From contig JBJLCZ010000006.1 in assembly GCA_045567335.1 (NCBI GenBank), forward strand, positions 9,732 to 73,731: DNA of 64,000 bases, written 5' to 3'. The notes below the pieces were generated by a model that made no database searches, was not told the origin of the DNA, and saw nothing but the letters and a program-made list of their open reading frames with translations. This document shows positions 54,244 through 64,000 of this stretch, one piece after another. Position numbers and translations under genes: made by a program. Positions within the stretch are counted from its first letter, which is position 1. Each line of letters starts with the position of its first letter. The DNA is from Pelagibacteraceae bacterium. Its GTDB lineage: Bacteria; Pseudomonadota; Alphaproteobacteria; Pelagibacterales; Pelagibacteraceae.

Positions 54244-57200
54244 TTAAATATCCTGAAGAGAGGTCACTTTAATTCTCTTTGTTTTAAGAGATTTTATACC
54301 TTCTAAACAAACGTAAGCAGTAGACATATTTGTACAATAAGGAACTTTATTTACTAAAGTTGCTCTTCTAAGAGCCATTGCATCATATAACTTTTGTTCA
54401 CTATTTCCACCACCTGTATTTATTACCAAAGCAATTTTCTTAGAATTTAAAACATCAACAATATGAGGTGATCCTTCGTTTACTTTATTAATTTTTCTAC
54501 ATTTCATTCCATGTTTCTTAATAAAGTTTGCTGTGCCCTCAGTGCCACAAAGTTTGAAATTTAACTTCAATAATTGACTAGCCAACTCAATTCCTTCCTC
54601 TTTATGACTATTTTTTAGAGATATAAATGCCAATCCTTTGGATGGTAATGAATTAGAAGCGGCAATTTGACTTTTGGCAAAAGCCATTCCAAAGTCATTG
54701 TCAAAACCCATCACTTCACCTGTTGATTTCATCTCTGGTCCTAATAGCACATCACTCTTTGGAAATTTATTAAAAGGAAAAACAGCTTCTTTAACAGCAA
54801 ACATTTTTTTTGTTTTACTTCTTAAATTAAATTTGGTTAGTTTTTCCCCTGCCATTACTCTTGATGCAATTTTAGCTAATGGAATACCTTTTGCTTTTGA
54901 TACAAAAGGTACAGTTCTACTAGCTCTTGGATTTACTTCTATGACAAAAATTATGTCATTTTTAATTGCATATTGAATATTCATAAAACCTTTAACGTTT
55001 AAAGCTATAGCTAGCTTTTTAGTTTGATTTTCCAATTCAGTAATTAAATTTTTCTTTATTGAAATTGGAGGTAAGCAACAAGCAGAATCACCTGAGTGAA
55101 TACCAGCCTCCTCAATATGTTGCATTATTCCCGCAACAAATACATTTTTACCGTCGGATATAGCATCTACATCGATTTCCATTGCATTATCAATAAACTT
55201 ATCTATTAATATAGGATTTTTTTCAGCTGCTTTAAAAGCTTCTGTTACAAAGTTTTTTAATTGGCTTTTTTCATAAACTATTTCCATTGCTCTACCGCCT
55301 AAAACATATGATGGTCTAACCATTAATGGCAAACCAACTTTTTCTGATATTTGAATAGCTTGTTTAAATGTTTTTGCTATACCACTCTTTGCTTGTTTTA
55401 GTTTAAGTTTATTAAGTAATTTTCTAAACCTATCTCTATCTTCAGCTAAATCTATAGATTTATATTGTGTTCCTAAAATTGGAAATTTGTTATCGTGTAA
55501 AAATTTCGCCAGTTTTATAGGAGTTTGACCTCCAAACTGCGCAATAATTCCTATAAGTTTTCCTTTTTCTTTTTCTTTTTTAATAATATTAAAAACATAT
55601 TCTTCTTTTAACGGTTCAAAATATAATCTATCACTTGTATCGTAGTCAGTAGAAACTGTTTCTGGATTACAATTAATCATTATAGTTTCAAAACCAGCTT
55701 CTTTAAGAGCATAACTAGCTTGACAACAACAATAATCAAATTCAATTCCTTGACCAATACGATTTGGACCACCACCTAAAATTATAATTTTTTTCTTTGG
55801 TGTGGGATTTGCCTCGCATTCAGGTTCAATTGAATAACTTCTTTGATAAGTAGAGTACATATAGGGTGTAAAAGACTTAAATTCTGCAGCGCAAGTATCT
55901 ACTTTTTTATAAACGGGGAACACTTTTAGTGTAGATCTTTTTTTTCTAACAATTTCTTCCGATATTTTTAAAATTTCAGACAACTTCTTGTCTGAAAAAC
56001 CTATAGATTTAATCTTATTAAAATCATTATAGTTTTTAGGCAACCCTTCTTTCTGAATTTTATTTTCAACTTCTACAATTTCTTTTATTTGCTCCAAAAA
56101 CCAACAATCTATTTTTGATAATCTTTGTATTTTTTTGATATTAATTTTCTTTCTTATTGCTTCAGCTACTAGTAAAATTTTATTAGGTACATTTTTCTTT
56201 AAATTAATTTCTAACTCATTCTTATTAAGATTTAGAACTCTATCTAAACCAGAGAATCCTATTTCTAAAGATACTAGCGCTTTCTGAAGAGATTCTTTGA
56301 AATTTCTACCAATAGCCATAGCTTCCCCAACTGATTTCATTGAAGTTCCTAACACCGCTTCAGAAGATGAAAATTTTTCAAAAGTAAATCTTGGAATTTT
56401 TGTAACAACATAGTCAATGGTTGGTTCAAAAGAAGCTGGAGTTGTTTTTGTAATTTCGTTTTTTAATTCATCCAATGTGTATCCAACAGCTAACTTTGCT
56501 GCTACTTTTGCTATTGGAAAGCCAGTTGCTTTAGATGCTAGAGCTGAAGATCTTGACACTCTCGGATTCATCTCGATTATAACCATTCTTCCATTTTTTG
56601 GGTTAATTGCGAATTGAACATTAGAACCACCTGTCTCAACTCCAATTTTTCTTAGACAAGCTATCGAAGCATTCCTCATAACTTGATATTCTTTATCTGT
56701 TAAAGTTAAAGCAGGCGCTACTGTAACGGAGTCACCAGTATGAATGCCCATTGGATCAATATTTTCAATAGAACAAATAATAATACAATTATCTTTTTTA
56801 TCTCTAACCACTTCCATTTCAAATTCCTTCCAACCTTCTAAACATTCTTCAATTAAGACTTGGCTTACGGGAGATTCTTGAAGTCCTTCTTTGACTATTC
56901 TAAAATATTCTTTTTTTGTTTTAGCTATACCACCTCCTAAACCTCCCAGAGTAAAAGCGGGTCTAATTATTGCAGGCAAACCTATTTGTTTTAAGGCTTT
57001 CGAAGCATCTTTAATATGATTAACAATTTTTGATTTTGGTAAATTTAACCCAATATCAAGCATATTTTTTCTAAATTTTTTTCTATCCTCTGCGTTTGAG
57101 ATCGCTTTAGAGTTAGCACCTATTAATTCAATTTTATATTTTTTTAAAATTCCCTTTTTTTCTGCCTCCATAGCTAAATTTAAAGCAGTTTGTCCACCCA

Positions 57201-57468
57201 TAGTTGGAAGAATTGCATTAGGTTTTTCTTTTTGAAGAATTTTTTCTAAAATTTCTAAAGTAATAGGCTCAATATAAGTTTTATCAGCAACACCTGGATC
57301 AGTCATAATAGTTGCTGGATTAGAGTTGATCAAAATAACTTTATATCCTTCATCTTTTAAAGCTTTACACGCTTGAGTTCCTGAGTAATCAAATTCACAA
57401 GCTTGACCAATTATTATAGGTCCCGCTCCAACCACTAATATAGTTTTAAGATCTTTTCTTTTTGCCAT
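54244..57468 (-). CDS. carB: Carbamoyl-phosphate synthase large subunit
   Basis: [49 protein letters not shown] domain. Confidence 0.98.
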   Translation of the reverse strand: MAKRKDLKTILVVGAGPIIIGQACEFDYSGTQACKALKDEGYKVILINSNPATIMTDPGVADKTYIEPITLEILEKILQKEKPNAILPTMGGQTALNLAMEAEKKGILKKYKIELIGANSKAISNAEDRKKFRKNMLDIGLNLPKSKIVNHIKDASKALKQIGLPAIIRPAFTLGGLGGGIAKTKKEYFRIVKEGLQESPVSQVLIEECLEGWKEFEMEVVRDKKDNCIIICSIENIDPMGIHTGDSVTVAPALTLTDKEYQVMRNASIACLRKIGVETGGSNVQFAINPKNGRMVIIEMNPRVSRSSALASKATGFPIAKVAAKLAVGYTLDELKNEITKTTPASFEPTIDYVVTKIPRFTFEKFSSSEAVLGTSMKSVGEAMAIGRNFKESLQKALVSLEIGFSGLDRVLNLNKNELEINLKKNVPNKILLVAEAIRKKINIKKIQRLSKIDCWFLEQIKEIVEVENKIQKEGLPKNYNDFNKIKSIGFSDKKLSEILKISEEIVRKKRSTLKVFPVYKKVDTCAAEFKSFTPYMYSTYQRSYSIEPECEANPTPKKKIIILGGGPNRIGQGIEFDYCCCQASYALKEAGFETIMINCNPETVSTDYDTSDRLYFEPLKEEYVFNIIKKEKEKGKLIGIIAQFGGQTPIKLAKFLHDNKFPILGTQYKSIDLAEDRDRFRKLLNKLKLKQAKSGIAKTFKQAIQISEKVGLPLMVRPSYVLGGRAMEIVYEKSQLKNFVTEAFKAAEKNPILIDKFIDNAMEIDVDAISDGKNVFVAGIMQHIEEAGIHSGDSACCLPPISIKKNLITELENQTKKLAIALNVKGFMNIQYAIKNDIIFVIEVNPRASRTVPFVSKAKGIPLAKIASRVMAGEKLTKFNLRSKTKKMFAVKEAVFPFNKFPKSDVLLGPEMKSTGEVMGFDNDFGMAFAKSQIAASNSLPSKGLAFISLKNSHKEEGIELASQLLKLNFKLCGTEGTANFIKKHGMKCRKINKVNEGSPHIVDVLNSKKIALVINTGGGNSEQKLYDAMALRRATLVNKVPYCTNMSTAYVCLEGIKSLKTKRIKVTSLQDI

Positions 57469-58654
57469 TTTTTTTTATATGTTTTATAAATTTTTCAAAT
57501 AAGTACCTACTATCTTGAGGTCCAGGACTTGACTCTGGATGATACTGTACAGAAAAAGCAGGTTTATTTTTTAACTCAATACCTTCTATAGATTTATCAA
57601 ATAAAGATATATGAGTTACTTTAATATTTTTAGGTAATGAATTTTGGTTGACTTTAAAACCATGATTTTGACTGGTAATTTCAACTTTATTATTTTTAAG
57701 ATATTTTACTGGATGGTTAGCTCCTCTATGACCTAGTTTCATTTTACTTGTTTTTGCTCCTAATGCTAAAGACAACAATTGGTGACCAAGACATATTCCA
57801 AAAACTGGAATTTTCTTATTAATTAATTTTTTAATCACTGGCACAGCATATATTGCTGTAGCTGAAGGGTCTCCCGGCCCATTTGATAAAAAAATACCAT
57901 CAGGCTTAAGAGATAAAATTTTATTTATTTGAGTTTTAGCTGGAACGATTATAACCTTACAACCTAAGTCAGAAAAACATCTTAATATATTTCTTTTCAT
58001 TCCATAATCTATTGCAACAATTTTATATTTAGATTTTGTATTTTTTGTATAGCCTTTTTCTTTGTCCCAAGTTTTTTGAGCAGACCATTCATATATCTTT
58101 TTACAAGTTACTTTAGAAGCGAGATCTAGACCTATTAATCCTCTCCAGTTTTTAGATTTTAATTTTAATTTATTAATATTATGTGAAGCAGACTTATCGT
58201 ATGATAAAGTTCCTTTAGGTGCTCCTTTATCTCTAATATAATTAGTTAGCATTCTAGTATCCAAACCAATCAAACCAACAATTCTATTTTCTTTTAGCCA
58301 TTTATTAAGATCTTTTATGGATCTATAGTTTGAAGCATCTGTAATATTTGTGTTTAATATTACTCCTTTTACCCAAGCCTTAGAGGCCTCATTATCCTCT
58401 TCGTTGGTGCCTACATTTCCAATATGGGGAAATGTAAAGTTTATAATTTGATCAGAATATGAGGGATCAGTAATAATTTCCTGGTAGCCCGTTATTGATG
58501 TGTTGAAACAAACTTCACCAGTCACATTGCCTTCATAGCCTATGCCTTGTCCTGTAAAACTGATGCCATTTTCTAATACTAAAATACCTGTAGAATCGAT
58601 CTTATTAAGATTTTTGTTTGAGTTTATATTTTGATTTATTTGTTTCAAATACAA
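57446..58654 (-). CDS. carA: Carbamoyl-phosphate synthase small subunit
   Basis: [42 protein letters not shown]; start codon uncertain (TTG 58654 or 58648). Confidence 0.96.
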   Translation of the reverse strand: MYLKQINQNINSNKNLNKIDSTGILVLENGISFTGQGIGYEGNVTGEVCFNTSITGYQEIITDPSYSDQIINFTFPHIGNVGTNEEDNEASKAWVKGVILNTNITDASNYRSIKDLNKWLKENRIVGLIGLDTRMLTNYIRDKGAPKGTLSYDKSASHNINKLKLKSKNWRGLIGLDLASKVTCKKIYEWSAQKTWDKEKGYTKNTKSKYKIVAIDYGMKRNILRCFSDLGCKVIIVPAKTQINKILSLKPDGIFLSNGPGDPSATAIYAVPVIKKLINKKIPVFGICLGHQLLSLALGAKTSKMKLGHRGANHPVKYLKNNKVEITSQNHGFKVNQNSLPKNIKVTHISLFDKSIEGIELKNKPAFSVQYHPESSPGPQDSRYLFEKFIKHIKKNGKKKRS

Positions 58655-58696
58655 CTCATGAGTTAAAGAAAAAAACTTATAAACATGATTTTGCGA

Positions 58697-58725
58697 AAGA
58701 TATGAAATAGAAATATAATCGTCAA
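58697..58725 (-). promoter_or_regulatory. Sigma70-type promoter of carAB
   Basis: Minus strand cTTGACG-N17-TATCTT. Confidence 0.55.
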
Positions 58726-58777
58726 GAAAGTTCTTTTTGTTTTGAACAAGAATTGTGATTAAAGTAGCACTATAAAA

Positions 58778-59233
58778 ATGTCCTTAAAAACTCAAATTGA
58801 AGAAAAGTTAAATCAAGCCCTTAAAGATAAAGATAAAAATATTTATCCTGCCTTAAGGTTAATCATTTCAGCTATAAAAGATGCTGAGATTGCAAATAGA
58901 ACTAAAGAAAACAAAGGTATTTCTGACAGTGATATAATGTCGATTTTAAAGAAAATGATTAAGCAAAGAAATGAGTCATCAGAAATATATAAGAAAGCAG
59001 GTAGAACAGAATTATTAAATAACGAAATAAAAGAAATCAATGTAATAAGTTCTTTTTTACCAAAACAACTTTCAGAAGACGAAACTAAAAAAAAGTGTGA
59101 AGAAGTAATTAAAAAAATTGGAGCTAGTTCAATAAAAGATATGGGCAAGGTAATGGGAGAGCTAAAATCTAAATATGGAGATATTTTAGACTTTTCAAAA
59201 GTAGGCGCAATTGTAAGAGAATTATTAAAATGA
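58778..59233 (+). CDS. GatB/YqeY domain protein
   Basis: LRLIISAIKD, KMIKQR..S..Y..AGR, FLPKQLS, KDMGKVMG. Confidence 0.92.
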   Translation: MSLKTQIEEKLNQALKDKDKNIYPALRLIISAIKDAEIANRTKENKGISDSDIMSILKKMIKQRNESSEIYKKAGRTELLNNEIKEINVISSFLPKQLSEDETKKKCEEVIKKIGASSIKDMGKVMGELKSKYGDILDFSKVGAIVRELLK

Positions 59234-61011
59234 AATATCCTAAAGAATATTTAGAAGAAATTAAATTAAGATTAAAGGTTTCTCAAGTTGTGGGAAAAAC
59301 GGTACAACTCAAAAAAAGAGGCAAAGAATTTATTGGCTTGTCTCCTTTTAAAAATGAAAAAAGTCCTTCTTTTACTGTAAGTGATGAAAAAGAGTTTTAC
59401 CACTGTTTTAGCACTGGAGAGCACGGAAACATTTTTGATTTTATTATGAAAACTAAATCATTTGGATTCGGAGAAGCAGTAAGGTCTTTAGCATTGGAGG
59501 CAGGAATGCAACCATATAGATTTTCAAATTATGATGAGAAAAGAGAAAAAAAATATACAATTTACAAAAATATTTATAAAGATTACTCTAATTTTTTTCA
59601 TTTAGAAATTTTTAAAAATGATAACAAAAATTCCTTAGAGTATTTAAAAAAAAGAGGACTAAGTGAAAAAATAATTAAAGAATTTAATTTGGGTTATGTT
59701 CCTTGGAAGAATAATTATTATGAAACTCTTTTAAAAAAATACAGTGAAGAAGAAATTATTTTAACTGGTCTTTATTATAAAAATGATAAAACTGGAAAAT
59801 ATATAGATAGATTTAATTCTAGAATAATTTTTCCTGTAAATAATCTTGCAGGAGATACAATTGCTTTTGGTGGCAGGATTATAAGAGACGGAAAATTAGC
59901 TAAGTATATTAATTCACCAGAAACAGAATTTTATAAAAAAGGTAAAATGATTTTTAACTTAGATAAAGCAAAAACATTTAGGTCTGAAATTAGTGAAGTT
60001 ATTATTGTTGAAGGCTATATGGATGTGGTAAGTTTATATTCTAATGGAATTAAAAATGTAATTTCAAATTCAGGAACCGCACTTACTGAAAATCAAATAA
60101 GTTTAATATGGAAATTTTTTTCAGATCCTGTTGTTTGTTTAGATGGAGACTTGAGTGGTCAAAAAGCAGCCATGAGAATAGCTGAAAGATTATTTCCTTT
60201 GATAAATGAAAATAATAAAATTTATTTTCTCTCTTTGACAAAAGGAGAAGACCCAGATGATTATATCAAAAAAAATGGAAAAGATAGTTTCATTGATCTT
60301 TTAAAATCAAAAAAAATAATCCAGTCATATATTTGGGATTTTTATTCTCTAGAAATTGATAAAAATAATCCCTTTTCAATATCAAAATTTGAAAAAAAAA
60401 TAAAAAACTTATGTTATGGAATTAAAGATGAAACTCTAAAAAAATATATTCTTGAAGATTTTTTAGAAAAAATAAAAAATTTAACACCTAATCAAAGCTA
60501 CAAAAGTAATTTTTTTAGAAAAATAAATAAAAAATCGCAAATTTTAAATGCCACAAGAGAACTACATAATCAAAAAAATCATTATACGAAAGAGCAACTG
60601 ACTGAGTTTTCTATACTATTTATATTATTAAATTTTCCCAGAGTTGCACAATTAAAAATAGAGGAGATTACTGATGTTAATTTTCTGTCGAAAAATTTAA
60701 ATGATTTAAAAAAAGAAATTATAGATATTCTTTTAAGTAACGCTTATAATGATAAAGATTTAAAAAACCTTATTAACAAAAATTTTGATAAAACAGTCAA
60801 TGAAGTTGAAAAAAATTCACTATTAAAAAATATAATAATTAAGAAAAATGATAATGAAAAATGCGAGTTATTAGAAGAGCTTTTACAAGATCTTAAAGAG
60901 ATAAATCACTTAAAAAAAATTGAATTTCAAGAGCAAGAGTTGAGCAAAAATTTAGATGAAAATTCATATTCTGAACTTATGAAGCTTAAAAGCCAACTAA
61001 TTAGGGATTAA
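59230..61011 (+). CDS. dnaG: DNA primase
   Basis: EKSPSF, FGGR, KYINSPET, VEGYMDV TOPRIM, GTALT, DGD, DPDD. Confidence 0.96.
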   Translation: MKYPKEYLEEIKLRLKVSQVVGKTVQLKKRGKEFIGLSPFKNEKSPSFTVSDEKEFYHCFSTGEHGNIFDFIMKTKSFGFGEAVRSLALEAGMQPYRFSNYDEKREKKYTIYKNIYKDYSNFFHLEIFKNDNKNSLEYLKKRGLSEKIIKEFNLGYVPWKNNYYETLLKKYSEEEIILTGLYYKNDKTGKYIDRFNSRIIFPVNNLAGDTIAFGGRIIRDGKLAKYINSPETEFYKKGKMIFNLDKAKTFRSEISEVIIVEGYMDVVSLYSNGIKNVISNSGTALTENQISLIWKFFSDPVVCLDGDLSGQKAAMRIAERLFPLINENNKIYFLSLTKGEDPDDYIKKNGKDSFIDLLKSKKIIQSYIWDFYSLEIDKNNPFSISKFEKKIKNLCYGIKDETLKKYILEDFLEKIKNLTPNQSYKSNFFRKINKKSQILNATRELHNQKNHYTKEQLTEFSILFILLNFPRVAQLKIEEITDVNFLSKNLNDLKKEIIDILLSNAYNDKDLKNLINKNFDKTVNEVEKNSLLKNIIIKKNDNEKCELLEELLQDLKEINHLKKIEFQEQELSKNLDENSYSELMKLKSQLIRD

Positions 61012-61077
61012 AATAAAGATAGATTTTTTGAAAATTGACACTATATATATTTAGCTGAGTTTTAAACTTAAATATTC

Positions 61078-62940
61078 ATGACTGAAAAAGTAATAACAAA
61101 ATCTTTTGAAAGACTTTTAGAAAAAGGAAAAAATAGAGGTTTTATAACTTACGAAGAATTAGGAAAATCTTTGGGCAAAAGAGGTGGTTCAGCTGAAAAT
61201 GTTGAAAAAGCTTTTATTATAATCGTCGACAAAAGTATAACACTTGTAGAAAAAAAATCTCAATTTCAAAATAATAAAAAAAAGGATTCTTCAAATACTG
61301 GAGAAGAAAAAACTACAGATAAAAGTGATGATCCTATTAGAATGTATCTTAGAGAAATGGGAGGAGTTGAATTACTTTCAAGAGAAGGAGAAATCGCGAT
61401 AGCGAAAAGAATAGAAGCAGGAAAAGATGTGATGATTAATGCCTTAACCCAGAGTCCATTCGTAGGTAAAAAAATTAATGAATGGAAAGAGCTAATTGAA
61501 AATAATCAACTACTTGTTAGAGATATTATAGATATAGATTCTACTTATGAAGATTTTGAAGCATCGGAAAATGAAGATTTAAAAAAAGAAAAAAAAGTTA
61601 AAGAACTAAAAAGCGAAAAAGTAGACACTGATAAAAGTGAAAATCAAAATCAATCTAGTACGGATGAAGATGAATTTAATATTTCTTTAGCTAAAATGGA
61701 AGAAGAGATAAAACCAAAGATTATCAATATTCTTGATGTTTTAACAAAAAATTACTCAAAATTACAAAAATATCAAAGAGAAAAATTAGATTGTTTATTG
61801 GTTTCAAGAGAATTATCAACTTCTAAAAATAAAAACTTTAAAAAAATTCAAATAACTTTGGTTGATAATTTTAAAAATTTACAACTAGCACCTAATGTTG
61901 TTGAAGAGTTAGTTCAAGCCCATTATAAAGAAAATAAAAAAATAGTATCATTAGAAGGTGTTCTACTAAGGTTAGCTACTGACAACAAAATAAGTAGAGA
62001 AGAGTTTTTAAAATATTACATAGGAAATGAAATTAATCCAAAATTTGAGAGTTTTTTAACAGAAAACTCAACTTGGAAATCATTTTTTAAAAAATTTAAA
62101 AGAGATTTTAAAGAGATAAGAGATAGATTAGTAGAGTTTAGTTTGAAAATAGGTCTTTCAGTTGGTGAGTTTAAAAGATTAGTGAGTAGAATTCAAAAAG
62201 GGGAAAGGGAATCTAGAATTGCCAAAAAAGAAATGGTCGAAGCAAACTTAAGGTTAGTAATCTCTATTGCTAAGAAATATACTAATAGAGGTTTACAATT
62301 TCTTGATCTAATTCAAGAAGGAAACATTGGTTTAATGAAAGCAGTAGATAAATTTGAATACAGGAGAGGTTATAAATTTTCAACTTATGCTACTTGGTGG
62401 ATTAGACAAGCTATCACTAGATCTATAGCCGATCAAGCTAGAACAATTAGAATCCCAGTTCATATGATTGAAACAATAAATAAAATTGTGAGAACTCAGA
62501 GACAAATTATGAGTGAATTTGGCCGAGAGCCAACCCCAGAAGAATTAGCAAAAAAATTAGCAATGCCTTTAGAGAAAGTAAGAAAAGTTTTAAAAATTGC
62601 AAAAGAACCAGTTTCACTAGAAACACCAGTTGGTGATGAAGAAGATAGTAGTCTTGGAGATTTCATAGAGGATAAAAATGCATTACAGCCTTTGGACACA
62701 GCTATTCAATCTAATTTAAGTGAATCTACAACTAAGATACTAGCATCTTTAACACCGAGAGAAGAGAGGGTTTTAAGGATGAGATTTGGCATAGGAATGA
62801 ATACAGACCATACACTCGAGGAAGTAGGTCTTCAATTTTCAGTCACTAGAGAGAGAATTAGACAAATTGAAGCTAAAGCTTTAAGAAAACTTAAACATCC
62901 TAGTCGTTCAAAACAACTAAAAAGTTTTCTAGAAAAATAA
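61078..62940 (+). CDS. rpoD: RNA polymerase sigma factor 70
   Basis: [50 protein letters not shown]. Confidence 0.98.
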   Translation: MTEKVITKSFERLLEKGKNRGFITYEELGKSLGKRGGSAENVEKAFIIIVDKSITLVEKKSQFQNNKKKDSSNTGEEKTTDKSDDPIRMYLREMGGVELLSREGEIAIAKRIEAGKDVMINALTQSPFVGKKINEWKELIENNQLLVRDIIDIDSTYEDFEASENEDLKKEKKVKELKSEKVDTDKSENQNQSSTDEDEFNISLAKMEEEIKPKIINILDVLTKNYSKLQKYQREKLDCLLVSRELSTSKNKNFKKIQITLVDNFKNLQLAPNVVEELVQAHYKENKKIVSLEGVLLRLATDNKISREEFLKYYIGNEINPKFESFLTENSTWKSFFKKFKRDFKEIRDRLVEFSLKIGLSVGEFKRLVSRIQKGERESRIAKKEMVEANLRLVISIAKKYTNRGLQFLDLIQEGNIGLMKAVDKFEYRRGYKFSTYATWWIRQAITRSIADQARTIRIPVHMIETINKIVRTQRQIMSEFGREPTPEELAKKLAMPLEKVRKVLKIAKEPVSLETPVGDEEDSSLGDFIEDKNALQPLDTAIQSNLSESTTKILASLTPREERVLRMRFGIGMNTDHTLEEVGLQFSVTRERIRQIEAKALRKLKHPSRSKQLKSFLEK

Positions 62941-62969
62941 TTTTTTCTGTTGTAAAAGATTATATTAGA

Positions 62970-63046
62970 GGGCCTGTAGCTCAGTTGGTTAGAGCAGTAC
63001 ACTCATAATGTATTGGTCCCAGGTTCGAGTCCTGGTGGGCCCACCA
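62970..63046 (+). tRNA. tRNA with CAT anticodon, most likely tRNA-Ile2 (lysidine, reads AUA)
   Basis: GGGCCTG/TGGGCCC acceptor with C4-G69 and C5-G68, anticodon arm GTACA-CTCATAA-TGTAT, GGTTCGAGTCC, encoded CCA; lacks initiator features. Confidence 0.9.
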
Positions 63047-63062
63047 AAAAATATTATGTAAT

Positions 63063-63662
63063 TTAATTAGATATAAAATCTTCTAATTTAGAAAATAAAA
63101 AATTTATATCGTCGTTATTTGAATTTAAAATTGACGCAAATTCTTCTTTTTGTGTTCTAGCTAAACTTAATCCTTCAACTATTAAATCTCTTATCAATGG
63201 TTTCATAGGGTCTTTTGTATAAATTCTCCAATCTAATTTTATTTCTGGCTGAGAAGAGCTTTCTACGATTTTTGATTTTACTATCGTATATTTTGCACTT
63301 TTTTGTTCCGCATCATAAACTTCAAATTTATTAGAAGAGTAGTCGCTCAATCTTGAAGTTAGACTTTTTAAAAAGTATTTTTCAAATAAATTGTTGTATT
63401 TTTCTAGATTATCTTTATTTATTGTTTTTCTTTTTTTACCCAGTGCGTACATTCCAATAGCTTTAATATCTACGTTCTCTAAAGCAATTTTTTCGATCAC
63501 CATAACCTTTTTTTCTTGTGTTATGCTTTTATCGCTTAATATCTTAATTGCATCATTGACCAATTCTGTTACAAAAATTTTAGGATCTGAGTTATAAGTA
63601 ACAGCTATAACTGAAGTAAAAATTAAAAATACTGAAACTGTTAAAAGAAACAATTTTTTCAT
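63063..63662 (-). CDS. mlaC: MlaC/Ttg2D phospholipid-binding periplasmic protein
   Basis: Signal peptide, ALGK, LDWRI, IRDLIVEGLSLARTQKEEF; downstream of mlaA. Confidence 0.88.
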   Translation of the reverse strand: MKKLFLLTVSVFLIFTSVIAVTYNSDPKIFVTELVNDAIKILSDKSITQEKKVMVIEKIALENVDIKAIGMYALGKKRKTINKDNLEKYNNLFEKYFLKSLTSRLSDYSSNKFEVYDAEQKSAKYTIVKSKIVESSSQPEIKLDWRIYTKDPMKPLIRDLIVEGLSLARTQKEEFASILNSNNDDINFLFSKLEDFISN

Positions 63663-63680
63663 TTAATATAATCTTATTTT

Positions 63681-64000
63681 CTATTTATCTAAATTTCCCC
63701 AGTCTTCTTCACCGGAACTTGTAGAATTGTTAATCTTATTTTCCCTGTCTTGCAAATAAACACTTTTCATTGATGAATAAATGTCTAGTGAATTTTTTTC
63801 TAAACTTTCAAAATTTGCCATGTTATCTCCTCTAAAATCTATTGTCGAAGCTCCTTTAACAGTAAAATAATCTAATTTACTTCCTGAGATACCAAGCATT
63901 TCTTTTTCTCTCCAAGTTACTAATGAAAATGGATCAACAAAAGAGTCAGCAACCATTCCAAATGAATCTCTTACTGTTGTTGGTCCTAATATTGGCAATA
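63681..64000 (-). CDS. mlaA: MlaA/VacJ lipoprotein (5'-truncated by window edge)
   Basis: LPILGPTTVRDSFG, SLDIYSSMKSVYLQ.R. Confidence 0.88.
   Translation of the reverse strand, partial: LPILGPTTVRDSFGMVADSFVDPFSLVTWREKEMLGISGSKLDYFTVKGASTIDFRGDNMANFESLEKNSLDIYSSMKSVYLQDRENKINNSTSSGEEDWGNLDK

Noticed and set aside
62941-63062. tRNA(CAT) as a possible island integration site
   Set aside because: Followed after 16 nt by the core mlaC gene; no att repeat or integrase seen

Overview
A very AT-rich, gene-dense 64 kb core-chromosome segment. Gene content, gene order, tiny or negative intergenic spacers and the crtI-crtB-crtY-blh cluster point to a streamlined marine alphaproteobacterium, most likely SAR11/Pelagibacterales (inference, no database search). 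It holds about 66 CDS and 2 tRNAs: the aa3 cytochrome c oxidase operon with a 36-aa CoxF-like ORF missed by the ORF track, thrC/thrB, ispH/ispE, retinal biosynthesis genes, the F0 ATP synthase genes, smc, dciA, mutY, ccrM, rnhA/rnhB, udg, cca, petABC, rplY/pth/ychF/prs, a MarR-OmpR-EnvZ module, uvrB/uvrC, trxB, carAB, dnaG-rpoD and mlaC/mlaA. I saw no rRNA, CRISPR array, prophage, integrase or IS. The most striking item is an 814-aa SMC with intact ATPase head motifs but no recognisable hinge or zinc hook. Other notable items: mutY and dciA start head-to-head on one palindromic ATGCAT; two GANTC sites form an inverted repeat in front of ccrM; DnaG and UDG have lost metal-binding cysteines; and there is an uncharacterised ELM1/GtrOC1 + 2OG-Fe(II) oxygenase pair.
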